Virus record (IMG/VR): IMGVR_UViG_3300021964_008614
Span: 1-56,986 of that record
Reading direction: 5' to 3' (one strand)
From: a virus
Taxonomy: Duplodnaviria > Caudoviricetes
Length of the DNA: 56,986 nt
Shown piece by piece: positions 1 through 10,161 of the stretch. How positions within the stretch are numbered: the stretch's first letter is position 1; each line of letters starts with the position of its first letter. The position numbers and the translations under genes were made by a program. The notes beneath the pieces were generated by a model, which had not been told where the DNA came from, made no database searches, and worked only from the letters and a program-made list of their open reading frames with translations.

Positions 1-1
1 T

Positions 2-871
2 AATTTTGCAGACAAGACAGACGAAAGCGAAATACAAAAAGGGCCTTATCCACAACAAGTAATAGATGAAGCAAACGAAGATTTAGAAACTTTTGTAGAT
101 TTTTTAAAAGGAGAATCAGTTGAAGTTTTACGTCCTGATGCTACTGATTGCAACTATTATAATTATTGTCCTCGAGACTCAGTATTTGTACACGATAAAC
201 TAACACTTGCAACTCCTATGCCTATTAGAGCAAGAAAAGGAGAATGGAGAGCGTTTGAAAAACATTTAAATAATCCTCGCAATATTCGATGTTATCATGA
301 AAGTAACTTATACAATACAGATTGTATTGGCAATAAAGATATACTTGCACTTACAGATTTTGAACCTGCGTTTGATGCCGCTAATATTATTCGTGCTAAT
401 GAAGATGTATTATATCTTGTAAGTAATAGCGGAAACGAATTAGGTGCAACACTGTTGCAAAATGCATTAGGTGACAGGGCAAAAGTACACTTACTAAAAG
501 ATGTTTACAGTTATATGCATATTGATAGTACTGTTGCTTTTTTACGTGAAGGATTATTACTTGCTAATCCAAGTAGAATAAAAAACAAAGAAGATTTGCC
601 AGAACCTTTTAGAAGTTGGGATATATTATGGTGTCCAGATCCAGTAGACATCGGACATTATCCTGGTTGGTGTAATGCAAGTACATGGATAAACATGAAT
701 CTTTTTAGTGTAAATACTAAGTTAGTTGCACTTGAAAAACATCAAGAGCCACTACGTAAAGCCTTAGAAGCACAAGGTATTGAATGTGCTATGTTGCCAA
801 TGAGGCATCAACGAACACTTGGCGGTGGATTTCACTGCGTAACATTGGATATTGAGAGAAATGTGGCATAA
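2..871 (+). CDS. Amidinotransferase (glycine/inosamine-phosphate amidinotransferase family), 5'-truncated by window edge
   Basis: The frame is open from base 2 (NFADKTDESEIQKGPYPQQVIDEANEDL...YYNYCPRD...). It has the family motifs CPRD, FDAAN, HIDST and C-terminal GGGFHCVTLD (catalytic Cys). Confidence 0.85.
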   Translation, partial: NFADKTDESEIQKGPYPQQVIDEANEDLETFVDFLKGESVEVLRPDATDCNYYNYCPRDSVFVHDKLTLATPMPIRARKGEWRAFEKHLNNPRNIRCYHESNLYNTDCIGNKDILALTDFEPAFDAANIIRANEDVLYLVSNSGNELGATLLQNALGDRAKVHLLKDVYSYMHIDSTVAFLREGLLLANPSRIKNKEDLPEPFRSWDILWCPDPVDIGHYPGWCNASTWINMNLFSVNTKLVALEKHQEPLRKALEAQGIECAMLPMRHQRTLGGGFHCVTLDIERNVA

Positions 872-1352
872 AGGTTACCTCCCTAAAATATGGGGCGAAG
901 GTTATAAAAGTTTTGATTATGTAAGACAACCTATTACAGGTGCAGAGTCTACTACTTGGCGTAAGCAAGGGTATACTCATAATACAACTACAGGCAAAAT
1001 GTATGATAGCAGAAATCCTATGCCTGATTGGACTACTGGTGTTGCAAATTTAATTAATTTAAAAAATCCAGGATTTGTTTTTTATAGAATGGATACACTT
1101 GATATTATGCCAGAACACGTTGACCATTTTACTACTTACTGTAAAGTGTTTAATCAAGACCGTAAAAATGTTAGACGTGCTATTGTGTTTTTGGAAGATT
1201 GGAAGCCGGGACATTATTTCCAAATTGATAACTCTGCTATTGTAAATTATAAAGCAGGAGAATATGTATTATGGCATCCTGATGTTCCCCATGCCGCAAG
1301 TAACATAGGCATAGAACCAAGATATACTTTACAAATTACTGGCACTTATTAA
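861..1352 (+). CDS. Putative 2OG-Fe(II) oxygenase / cupin-fold protein
   Basis: HxD motif (PEHVDHF), distal His (VPHAASN) and C-terminal RYTLQITG. The ATG at 861 overlaps the upstream stop and is preferred over the TTG at 852. Confidence 0.6.
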   Translation: MWHKGYLPKIWGEGYKSFDYVRQPITGAESTTWRKQGYTHNTTTGKMYDSRNPMPDWTTGVANLINLKNPGFVFYRMDTLDIMPEHVDHFTTYCKVFNQDRKNVRRAIVFLEDWKPGHYFQIDNSAIVNYKAGEYVLWHPDVPHAASNIGIEPRYTLQITGTY

Positions 1353-1353
1353 A

Positions 1354-2379
1354 ATGTTTAAGCAAGATATTTTCTGGGGCAATTTGCCTGTTAAAACTAC
1401 AAAGTTAGGAGGAATGTTTACACAACTATTTGAACATTGGTATCCGGAAAATCCATTTATTATCTTTACTGGCACTAATAAAATAAACTTTGATAAATTT
1501 CCTCTAACTCCTAAATTAGTTAAAAAACTTAAAAAATTAGAAATATATCTTTATGAACCATTAAGTTTGTATGAAAAAGGTAAACAACATAATAGAGGAT
1601 TTTTTAGTGAATTCAAAGGTGGGGAAACACTTCGTGCTGATGAATTAGATAGTATCGAAGAGTTTAGTAAAAGACTTAATGCTTCTATTACTGTTTATAC
1701 TTGTAACTACAATGTACAAAAACATATTACAGATTATCCATTTGAACTAAAGTGTTTTGATATTTTCTTACGTAATCAATTTAATGGTGGTTCTATTACT
1801 GTAACAAATTCTATAGAAAAACGTTTTATTTGTCCTAATTGGCGTTACAGTAATCATAGAGAATTAATTATAAATCATATAAAAGACACGCCAGGTTACT
1901 ATAGTTGGGCATTTAGTGATCCACCATTATCGATAGATGTTAAATTAAAAAGCATCAACTCTGATTTTAAAAAATGGCCAGAAGGAAATGTGTCAAGTCC
2001 CCAAGGTTTGCATGAATACTATTTGAAATCGTTTTGTGTAGTTGCTAATGAAACACGGTTTTACGAACCTACAGGAAATTTCAGCGAAAAAACAAATAAT
2101 GCTATGATATATAAAAGGCCTTTTATTTGTGTTGCACCTCCGTTTACTTTAGAGTATATTAAAAAATTAGGTTTTAAAACATTTGATAAATGGTGGTCTG
2201 AAGAATACGATACTGAAACTAATCATGATAAAAGAATACAGATGATTTTCGATACATTAGATAGTATAAAAGAAAAAAGTATATACGATTTACAACTTAT
2301 TTTAAATGATATGCAAGATGTATTAGATTGGAATCAAAATCTTGCTAATAAAATTTTTAAAAATAAAATTATACTTTAG
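1354..2379 (+). CDS. Hypothetical protein, glycosyltransferase-like C-terminus
   Basis: 341-aa ORF. The segment VVANET...FSEKT...KRPFI...LGFKTFDKWWSEEYD resembles GT-B-like proteins common in aquatic phage glycosylation islands. Confidence 0.5.
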   Translation: MFKQDIFWGNLPVKTTKLGGMFTQLFEHWYPENPFIIFTGTNKINFDKFPLTPKLVKKLKKLEIYLYEPLSLYEKGKQHNRGFFSEFKGGETLRADELDSIEEFSKRLNASITVYTCNYNVQKHITDYPFELKCFDIFLRNQFNGGSITVTNSIEKRFICPNWRYSNHRELIINHIKDTPGYYSWAFSDPPLSIDVKLKSINSDFKKWPEGNVSSPQGLHEYYLKSFCVVANETRFYEPTGNFSEKTNNAMIYKRPFICVAPPFTLEYIKKLGFKTFDKWWSEEYDTETNHDKRIQMIFDTLDSIKEKSIYDLQLILNDMQDVLDWNQNLANKIFKNKIIL

Positions 2380-3739
2380 ATTGACAACTTAAATAAAATT
2401 CTTCCAATTCAGGAAACACTTCGGTCATTTTAATACCAGTACGACTATCATATTCATTAAACCAAGTATAGAAATTTTTATGCCCATTAAGTAACTTAGC
2501 ATCGTCATAATTTGTTTTACGCATATAATCTACTACCCTACGAAATCGTTCGTATTCTAACAAACTAAATTTTGTTCTATCAGCATCATTAATATTTTCT
2601 GCTATAAATTTTAAATGCTTTTCCATATATGGCATAAAGGTATCTTTAGGCAATATATTCATATCAAATTGAATAGGGTCTCTAAGATATGGTGTATCAA
2701 ATCTTATATTTTGCCATTGTGTTTTATTATTTTTATTGTACTTACTACGCCACTCGAGTATCTTTTTCAGTAATTTATCAAAACTTGTGACCGCAAATAA
2801 ATTAAATGTAATCATAAATGTTACAGGGTATCCAAGATTTTTAAGATAATAATCAAGATTACGTTCCCATAGGCCTAAATCTAATCCCCTACGAGTATAA
2901 CTTGCTCTTGGCCCCCAAGTATCAATGCTTGTATATAATTTGAAACTTCTAATACAATTTTTTTCTTTAAGTAGTTTAATTCTTTCAACAAGTTTTTGCA
3001 CAAGTTTTTCTTTTACTCCCATATTACTATTAAGTTCGATTTGAATATGTGGTTTAGGATTTTGTTCAAGTTCGTCGAATAGCCTCCAAGTACTCTTATG
3101 CATTAAAGGTTCACCTCCCGTGATACGTAAGATATTAAGAGTCTTGGAGACTTCCGGCCACCACTTCCACCATGCATCAACATATGGATTTGTTTGTTCA
3201 TCAAATAATTCAAGCCAGTCAATGTCGTTGCGATGCACAGTACTGTCTTTGTATGGTCCATGCTTTTTTATTTCGTTGAAATAACTTGTGCTAAATTTAG
3301 GATGGCAGTATCCACATTTAAAATTACATTCATTTGAAAAATTTACTTCTATATACTCAGGATTAATATCATAATCCCACGGGTTACTTTTAATTTCTTC
3401 TATACGTTCGGGTTTATATATACTTGCAGTTTTGATGTGTCGATCACTAATATAATCTTTACCCATACATTCAATGTTCCAACAATATTGACACCCGCTC
3501 GGCTTTTCCCCTTCAAGCATTTGCTTACGCTCTTGTTTCTTCTGAGGCGTATTATGAAGTTGACTTGGATTATCAATTAATCCTTCAAGTGGAATTTTGT
3601 GAGGTGCTGGATGATAACAACTGTGTGTTTCACCTGTTTGCAAATATATAGTTACATGATGCCATTTAGCCAAGCAGAATGTAGGAGATATCTTATCAAT
3701 CTCCGGCATTATTTTTTTAATTTGATCTACTTCACTCAT
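2369..3739 (-). CDS. Radical SAM protein with N-terminal SPASM/twitch-like Cys cluster
   Basis: CxxxCxxC motif (CNFKCGYC), ITGGEP motif, and extra Cys in FCLAKW, SCYH and GCQYCW. Confidence 0.85.
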   Translation of the reverse strand: MSEVDQIKKIMPEIDKISPTFCLAKWHHVTIYLQTGETHSCYHPAPHKIPLEGLIDNPSQLHNTPQKKQERKQMLEGEKPSGCQYCWNIECMGKDYISDRHIKTASIYKPERIEEIKSNPWDYDINPEYIEVNFSNECNFKCGYCHPKFSTSYFNEIKKHGPYKDSTVHRNDIDWLELFDEQTNPYVDAWWKWWPEVSKTLNILRITGGEPLMHKSTWRLFDELEQNPKPHIQIELNSNMGVKEKLVQKLVERIKLLKEKNCIRSFKLYTSIDTWGPRASYTRRGLDLGLWERNLDYYLKNLGYPVTFMITFNLFAVTSFDKLLKKILEWRSKYNKNNKTQWQNIRFDTPYLRDPIQFDMNILPKDTFMPYMEKHLKFIAENINDADRTKFSLLEYERFRRVVDYMRKTNYDDAKLLNGHKNFYTWFNEYDSRTGIKMTEVFPELEEFYLSCQSKV

Positions 3740-4623
3740 TTACGTCTTATAACTCTATCACTATTAATGTAAACAGTTTTAAAGAATTCACTTTGTAATT
3801 TATCAAAGGGAATAACAGCAATTGGTATATCTAATTCGTTAATCAATTTTTTGCCTAACTCCTTACATTCTTCAGACACGTTTATGTCTTTATGTTGTTC
3901 CCACAAACTATTTAAATATGTAAAATCTCTTGTTTGTGTGTGATCCCATTCAGTTAGTAAATTCATATAAGTTCCAAGTCTTGCACCGTAGACTGCCCAT
4001 ATGCCGTTTGGAATATCACAACCTACCATTTGCCAAATATAAAGTCTATGTCTGTTTTGCCACCACAAGGTGTTTATATCTTCAATTGGTTTTCCTCTAT
4101 CCAAACTCATTTTAACACCTTCACGAAAACCTGCTCTCCATGCTTGTTGAGGTGTAGATGTAATAATGCTGGTTGAATAATTGTCATTAAGTTGATAATA
4201 GTTGTCAAAATAACAAAACTCAATACTTGTTTCATTACTACCGTCTGTGTTTTCATGAGTTTTCATATTTTTAACAAACTCTTTAGTCCACATTTTTAAA
4301 CTACCATTGCCGTACATAAGTCCATTAGCATTAATTTTTCCACACCAACTAAATTGATAGTCGTCGTCTACTCCTAATTTGTCTAAATCTAAAGAGACTT
4401 GCATAAATTTAGGATCAACAATAGTATCTCCATCTACTGTAACAAAATGTTTTGTGTCTGATAAATCAGCACAGGCTTTGTGTGCCGCATCTGATCCTTC
4501 TACACCGTGTACACGCTTTGCCCACGGGATCTTACGTTGTAGATCTGCCCAATTTTCTTCAGCATTAGGCTCGTCATAACTTAAAAAGATGATATCTACA
4601 TCTTGAATTTTAATTATCGACAA
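3736..4623 (-). CDS. Glycosyltransferase (GT-A/GT2-like)
   Basis: N-terminal DIIFLSYDE strand, AHKACA, DxD motif (VTVDGD) and QAWRAGFREG. Confidence 0.65.
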   Translation of the reverse strand: MSIIKIQDVDIIFLSYDEPNAEENWADLQRKIPWAKRVHGVEGSDAAHKACADLSDTKHFVTVDGDTIVDPKFMQVSLDLDKLGVDDDYQFSWCGKINANGLMYGNGSLKMWTKEFVKNMKTHENTDGSNETSIEFCYFDNYYQLNDNYSTSIITSTPQQAWRAGFREGVKMSLDRGKPIEDINTLWWQNRHRLYIWQMVGCDIPNGIWAVYGARLGTYMNLLTEWDHTQTRDFTYLNSLWEQHKDINVSEECKELGKKLINELDIPIAVIPFDKLQSEFFKTVYINSDRVIRRK

Positions 4624-5173
4624 TTTCTACTCCATAACTATTAAACATTTTGTTTGTATATACGTCAAAGTCTATTATAGCATCACTATCATCAAAATGC
4701 AAGACTAAATTGTCACTTGCTAAATTAAATTGCAAAGAACGATATAATACATATGGGTCGTTCTTTTTAACAATACTAAAATTTTTGATAGTGTTTAATG
4801 TTACATTATTTGATTTAAGTGTTTTGGTAAATAATTCACCAAATTTAATCTGCCATTGGCCTTTAGAATAATTTTTTACCAAAATAATATCTGCATCTCT
4901 GTTATTCTGTAGTTTGTACAAACTATTATTAACATTGTATTCATAATGTGTTTCATCGTAGATGTTTTTTAATTCGTACAGTAAAGATGTAGTATTGAAT
5001 AATACATTATAATGCTTAAATTTTTCTCTTCCAGATGCCAACCCTTCTACATCTTTAAAATCTACTTCAATATAGTTTTTAGACTGGGGATAACTTGTCA
5101 ATGTTAGAACATTGCCAGTTTTCGGGTCAAACTCTACATACGTAGAAACATCATCTTTAATAACTTTGTTCAT
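4610..5173 (-). CDS. Hypothetical protein
   Basis: 187-aa ORF overlapping both neighbours in the operon; no recognised motif. Confidence 0.7.
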   Translation of the reverse strand: MNKVIKDDVSTYVEFDPKTGNVLTLTSYPQSKNYIEVDFKDVEGLASGREKFKHYNVLFNTTSLLYELKNIYDETHYEYNVNNSLYKLQNNRDADIILVKNYSKGQWQIKFGELFTKTLKSNNVTLNTIKNFSIVKKNDPYVLYRSLQFNLASDNLVLHFDDSDAIIDFDVYTNKMFNSYGVEIVDN

Positions 5174-5723
5174 CAGTTGCCTTATAAAAGTCAGAAATGT
5201 CTACGTCCATATTCCAACTTATAATTGTTTTTATTTCTTTTGTTTGATTTATAGGTGCTCGGTGTACAGTCCAACTTGGAAATGTAATTATATCTCCTTC
5301 TTGAACATTGAAGTTGTGTGCATTACCTGTTACAGGATCAATCCATTGCGTTACCGGAGTTTCTCCAGGTAAATCTAAAAAATACACACTTGTAAAATTG
5401 CACCCATGAACATGCCAACTGTGTTTACCACCTGTTGCATACTGTTGAAACCATATTTCATGTATTGTGAATGTTTCATATTTGAACTGTTTCATCCAGT
5501 TCTTAAGATGTTCATTCAAATCAAATTGTAAAACTTTTAACCATTCTCTATTTGGGTCGAATCTTCCAGGTCCCCAGTCACAACGTGTAATATCATTATT
5601 AGGGCCAAAGATTTTTTCTACAAGTGTAGTATTATTAATAGCATCTAATAACTCTTTTTTCTTAGAGTCATGTGCTTGAAATTTTTCAGGTTTAACTGGA
5701 AATTGTATAATTGAATCTGTCAT
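5157..5723 (-). CDS. Putative 2OG-Fe(II) oxygenase
   Basis: WFQQY..GGKHSWHVH, FTSVYFL and EGDIITFPSWTVHRAP...KTIISWN match the phage putative 2OG-Fe(II) oxygenase pattern. The ATG at 5723 has GGAG upstream. Confidence 0.7.
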   Translation of the reverse strand: MTDSIIQFPVKPEKFQAHDSKKKELLDAINNTTLVEKIFGPNNDITRCDWGPGRFDPNREWLKVLQFDLNEHLKNWMKQFKYETFTIHEIWFQQYATGGKHSWHVHGCNFTSVYFLDLPGETPVTQWIDPVTGNAHNFNVQEGDIITFPSWTVHRAPINQTKEIKTIISWNMDVDISDFYKATDEQSY

Positions 5724-6525
5724 AAAATTTCTCCGTAAAATCTTTTTCAGTATAATGAAAAACTGTGTTTTGTAAATGTCCGCCAACACGCATTTGTTTT
5801 TTATCGTTTACAAAGCAACTAATCCTGTCTTGCCATTTTTTAGTTTGCGTTTTCCATGGTTGAGCATAAGGTTTCATATGAACAAAATTAGGAAAAGGTG
5901 TAACAGCATTAGTTACTTTATCTTCGACTCCTAAAACTCTAATAGTAATTGCTGTGCATACATCTACACTTAAAAATTTTTGCATTTTCTTAGGAGCATA
6001 TTTTTCATAATAGTATTCCCAGTTTTTCATTACTTCTTCTAAGCAAGTATAAAATTTTTTAGCAAAGTCTGACTTCTTGAAATAATGTAGTGCTACATAT
6101 GTATCTGGTAAATTATTCTGTTCAAACATTTTCCTATAATATGTTGCATTAAGTTTACATTGTTTATAATCAGTTACTTTAGTGGTATAGAATACTTCAT
6201 AGTTTTTCATTAAGTTCCACCAATGTGTTAGATTATTGCACACTATCATGTCTGTATCTAAGACAAAAGTTTCATTATATGGACAAGCATGGTAAATCTT
6301 CCAACGATTTTGGACTTTCCATTTATGTTCTTCTGCTTTATCTTCCCACGGTATAGGTACAATGTCGTCAAATAAGTTTTCTTTAATCCACTCGTTATCT
6401 TCATTTGTAATTAAACAAATTTTACTATCTGGATTTGTGTTACGAATACTCATTGCCAACAACTCTGCCTGACGAATATAGTTATCTTGTCCGTTGTTTT
6501 GTGCAAGAACTGTAAAATTAGGCAT
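5692..6525 (-). CDS. Glycosyltransferase (GT8-like)
   Basis: LAMSI...ICLIT, PYNETFVLDTDM (DxD motif) and FVHMK. The ATG at 6525 overlaps the upstream gene end. Confidence 0.7.
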   Translation of the reverse strand: MPNFTVLAQNNGQDNYIRQAELLAMSIRNTNPDSKICLITNEDNEWIKENLFDDIVPIPWEDKAEEHKWKVQNRWKIYHACPYNETFVLDTDMIVCNNLTHWWNLMKNYEVFYTTKVTDYKQCKLNATYYRKMFEQNNLPDTYVALHYFKKSDFAKKFYTCLEEVMKNWEYYYEKYAPKKMQKFLSVDVCTAITIRVLGVEDKVTNAVTPFPNFVHMKPYAQPWKTQTKKWQDRISCFVNDKKQMRVGGHLQNTVFHYTEKDFTEKFYDRFNYTISS

Positions 6526-7339
6526 TAGCAATCTCTCTACTTAAACTAAATTTATTCATAATGTGTAAGTTTGTATCTTTAGATTTTAATAAAGTATATT
6601 CACCTGTTCTATTTTGTTTTTCAACTAACATAGTTAATTCATTATTATCAATCTTATGCAATATATCTTTTGCAGTTGAATAAATCATCTTACCTGGCAA
6701 CTCTTTGACATTACCCATAATATGAGCCGCTATACTAAATGCATAGTCATTCCTAAAAACTGTGCTTGTAATTTGATATAAGTTCCTATAGTGTTGATAA
6801 TTATTTTTAATATGTTTTATGACATCAAAGAATGCTTTATTTTCCGGATCTTTTGTAAAATATACACAAGTTGCCCAGTAGAATTTGATGCTGGTTTCAC
6901 TGATGTAAGAAAATTCTGATGCATCACGCCAACCTGATACATCTAAAGACTTGCTATACATCATAAGTTTATTAGAACTTTCAAATACTTTGCTTAAGAT
7001 GTTGTTTGATATAATGTAATCTGTATCAAGAATTAGTGTTTGTTGATATGGTGTTAGATCATATGCATCGCTTCTGGTAAAATTCTTAAAGTCTAATACC
7101 TTTTTTGATAGAGATCCATCGAAATATGTTTTTTTATTTTTTTGTTCTACTGCATGACCATAAATGTCATCAAATACTTCAAGACCGTTATAGTGTTTTA
7201 CTACTCTTTGAACATCATCAGTAACAAGAGTAGTAGGTAAATTCATATATTGCTTTATACGACCTGCTAAGAAACAAGCCTGGGCAACATAGTCTATTTG
7301 TTCATTGTTAAATGCAAATAATAAAACACCGCGTGTCAT
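6518..7339 (-). CDS. Glycosyltransferase (GT8-like), paralogue of neighbour
   Basis: RGVLLFA, TPYQQTLILDTDY (DxD motif), RNDYAFSIA and LHIMNK. Confidence 0.7.
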   Translation of the reverse strand: MTRGVLLFAFNNEQIDYVAQACFLAGRIKQYMNLPTTLVTDDVQRVVKHYNGLEVFDDIYGHAVEQKNKKTYFDGSLSKKVLDFKNFTRSDAYDLTPYQQTLILDTDYIISNNILSKVFESSNKLMMYSKSLDVSGWRDASEFSYISETSIKFYWATCVYFTKDPENKAFFDVIKHIKNNYQHYRNLYQITSTVFRNDYAFSIAAHIMGNVKELPGKMIYSTAKDILHKIDNNELTMLVEKQNRTGEYTLLKSKDTNLHIMNKFSLSREIANA

Positions 7340-7677
7340 TTTACCAAACCGTCAACTGATCTACTTTTTTGTAATTTCTTATATTCTGTGTAGTATTCAT
7401 TCGACGCTGTAAAGTATTTGTCAGTAATATCTTCTAAAAACTCATTAACTTGTATTTCAATAGGAATATTATTATCATCAACAAGTACAGATGTTTCTTG
7501 ACCTGTTTGTTGTAACATGTAAACAAAGTTTATTAATTCTTTTGTAAGTGTAAATTGGCCGCCAGCATAGAAATGAATAGTGTCTGTTACGAACTTTTCT
7601 TGTAACATACGTTTTTGATTTTCAAGAGTAGCAGTGTAATTGCCAAACTCTAAGGCTTTTGATAACTTTTCGTCCAT
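7336..7677 (-). CDS. Hypothetical protein (late-expressed)
   Basis: 113-aa ORF with TAAATA 5 nt upstream of the ATG. Confidence 0.7.
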   Translation of the reverse strand: MDEKLSKALEFGNYTATLENQKRMLQEKFVTDTIHFYAGGQFTLTKELINFVYMLQQTGQETSVLVDDNNIPIEIQVNEFLEDITDKYFTASNEYYTEYKKLQKSRSVDGLVK

Positions 7678-7682
7678 AGTAA

Positions 7683-7689
7683 TATTTAC
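7683..7689 (-). promoter_or_regulatory. T4-type late promoter (GTAAATA)
   Basis: TAAATA core in a short intergenic gap, 5 nt before the ATG. Confidence 0.6.
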
Positions 7690-7700
7690 TATGTTAAGTG

Positions 7701-8633
7701 TTACTGTAAGTTATTTGTGGTTGCGAATGTTGGAGAAGTAAGAGATACTCTTGTGCCTGTAGGCAATCTTTCACCTACAATACTGTCCAAAGTACCAGTT
7801 ACTGATTCATCAACTGGATTAATAGCACCGTCTTGGTTTGCATCGTCAGTATCATCACCAATATCGTCATCTCTAAATTGTATTCTAAACTGAATAACAT
7901 TAGTGCTATTTTCTTTTGCGGCAATATTGTAATCGTTCTCTGCATAAACTCCAGTACCGTCTTTTTGAAACACTGTTTGATAATCTGCGGTTAAATCAAA
8001 ATTACCAATTCCTAAATCTGTTCCTGGTGCAGAACCATCTGATGCACAACCATTTGATTTAAACTTTGCTGTACCCATTGCAGATAACAAATTATTCCAA
8101 TCGTTATTTTTACCGTTTGAAGCCGCTGGATCTAAATCAGCAGTGAATCTAATTTCACCACCAGCATTAAAAAAGTGTCTACGTGCATCTGCATTAGGCC
8201 ATGTTACTGTTATAACATGATCTACCGTACCTGCCCAAGAATCAGTTCTTGTTGAACTTGTTTTAAGTGCTGTGATTGTACTCTGTGAAGTGTCGGCAGT
8301 ATAAATTACATCTTTGTTTGTTTCAACCAGTGTTGCCATATCTTCATACTGTATTACACCTCTATTAGTACCTGTGTCAGTGCCATCTTCTTCAATTACT
8401 TGTCCTGCTGACACTGTTGCCAGTGAATTAGGAATACTACCAACTTGATGTACTCTTGCATTGATAAGATCTGTATACAAGTCTGACATGTGTTGCGAAT
8501 CAATTACAGTTTCAGCCGCTACCTGCGAACTAACAAGTGTTTGTCCATAACCAAATTGACCGCTTCCGTTACCTAAAACATTTGCTACTTTTGCTTGTAA
8601 ATCGTTGTATCTTGCCGCTGTGATAATCGCCAT
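7701..8633 (-). CDS. Virion structural protein (tail fibre/baseplate-associated)
   Basis: Thr/Gly/Asp-rich 310-aa ORF with ARRHFFNAGGEIRF, lying directly after the fibre genes. Confidence 0.6.
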   Translation of the reverse strand: MAIITAARYNDLQAKVANVLGNGSGQFGYGQTLVSSQVAAETVIDSQHMSDLYTDLINARVHQVGSIPNSLATVSAGQVIEEDGTDTGTNRGVIQYEDMATLVETNKDVIYTADTSQSTITALKTSSTRTDSWAGTVDHVITVTWPNADARRHFFNAGGEIRFTADLDPAASNGKNNDWNNLLSAMGTAKFKSNGCASDGSAPGTDLGIGNFDLTADYQTVFQKDGTGVYAENDYNIAAKENSTNVIQFRIQFRDDDIGDDTDDANQDGAINPVDESVTGTLDSIVGERLPTGTRVSLTSPTFATTNNLQ

Positions 8634-8649
8634 TTATTAAATCCTTTTC

Positions 8650-10128
8650 TTATACTTTCAAGAATGTTTCCACTAACTTTTCTTCGTGTCTATCGTTAGA
8701 CTCTAATGCAATACCTACTAATTCGCCTTCATTTGCTTTTTGTGCTGTACCATTAGCGCCTACATAAAGTTTGTCGCCTTTGTTAACTGGTCCTATGACT
8801 CTTACCGGCACACGACCTTTAAGTGCAACTGCTTGTCCTTCAGACTCTGCATTCATTAAGTATGCAGGCTTTGCACTAATAACACCTATTGGCATTCCTG
8901 TCATCGGGCACCAAGTCGCTTCATTATCTTCGTCTGTACCAATTGTCATAATTGTACCTACCGGATATTGATCATCTGTTGTATATTTTTCTGCTAAGTC
9001 AGCATATCTTGCTGTAGTTGCAGTACCATTAAACAAATTAGCATTTATATTACCCGAACTATCTCTTACTGCAACAGTATCGTTAGTTGCTGAAGTACTT
9101 GCAGTTCTATTGTTCGATCCAACAACTAAAGCATTTGCCGCCGTTGCTGTACCGTTGAATAGAGTTGCATAAACTTCTTTGAATTTATTTGCACTTGTAC
9201 CGATATCAAATGTATTGTTAGCACCAGGAACGATACCTTCTGCTTTAATTTGCACAGGTTCTGTTGATTGTGCTTGTGCATTATCAACTTTGAATCTAAT
9301 TACAGTTCCTACTTCATTTGAAATAACTGCTTGAGTTCCGTTTTCAATTGATACACGTAAATCATTTGAATCACCTACGGTAAATCCTGCATCACTAAAT
9401 CTAACAATTTCTGAAAATGTTGATTCTTGTCCTGGAATACTTACTACATATTCACTTGCTGATCTGCCGCCTAATTTTTCTGAGTTAGTTGCAGTACCCC
9501 AAAACCTATGAGCAGTTGATGTTACACCTTGCTGTGCATTAGTTGTATTTTTTAGGGTCATACCTTGGTGAATGACATCAAACCCAGTTATGGCATTGTC
9601 GGGGTCGCTTGAGTCAATTGTAAAGTCTGACGCTGAGAGTACTATAACTACTTCATCGTTAATTGTACCTTTGATCACTGTTCTTTGAACATTACTGATA
9701 TCTCTAATTGAATCTGTTACAAATGATGTTACTGTATCACCTTGTGATTGTGGACCAATTAAAACAAATCCTGCTCCGGTGTTTGCATACAGTTGATTGT
9801 TTGCATTATCCCACCAAAAATCACCTTCAGTTAACCCTGACGGTTGACTTGCACTTACTTCTGCTCCACCAGTTGTTCTAAATTTTGTACCGTCATAAAA
9901 TTTTAGTTTGCTTGTGCCCGAATCAAACCAAATTTGACCTCTAATTGCTCTGGATGGTGCGTTAGCACTTGAAAAGTTTTCAAGTATATGAACGAAATTT
10001 TCGTTCTGGATTTCACCGTATCCAGCATAGTTTTTACCAACAAGTTTTACATCAGTAGTTTGATCGACTGTACCGTCTTCTACTACTGCAATCTGTGACC
10101 CATCAGTTCTATTAATAATATATGCCAT
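8650..10128 (-). CDS. Tail fibre-like protein with C-terminal intramolecular chaperone/autoproteolytic-like domain
   Basis: Shares the N-terminal module of the next two genes. The C-terminus ARYADLAEKY...IGVIS..PAYLMN...VALKGRVPVRVIG.VNKGD is typical of phage fibre chaperone domains. Confidence 0.7.
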   Translation of the reverse strand: MAYIINRTDGSQIAVVEDGTVDQTTDVKLVGKNYAGYGEIQNENFVHILENFSSANAPSRAIRGQIWFDSGTSKLKFYDGTKFRTTGGAEVSASQPSGLTEGDFWWDNANNQLYANTGAGFVLIGPQSQGDTVTSFVTDSIRDISNVQRTVIKGTINDEVVIVLSASDFTIDSSDPDNAITGFDVIHQGMTLKNTTNAQQGVTSTAHRFWGTATNSEKLGGRSASEYVVSIPGQESTFSEIVRFSDAGFTVGDSNDLRVSIENGTQAVISNEVGTVIRFKVDNAQAQSTEPVQIKAEGIVPGANNTFDIGTSANKFKEVYATLFNGTATAANALVVGSNNRTASTSATNDTVAVRDSSGNINANLFNGTATTARYADLAEKYTTDDQYPVGTIMTIGTDEDNEATWCPMTGMPIGVISAKPAYLMNAESEGQAVALKGRVPVRVIGPVNKGDKLYVGANGTAQKANEGELVGIALESNDRHEEKLVETFLKV

Positions 10129-10152
10129 AGTTAATAACCCCTTTATTGTATG

Positions 10153-10160
10153 TATTTATC
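10153..10160 (-). promoter_or_regulatory. T4-type late promoter (GATAAATA)
   Basis: Intergenic, upstream of a fibre gene. Confidence 0.65.
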
Positions 10161-10161
10161 G

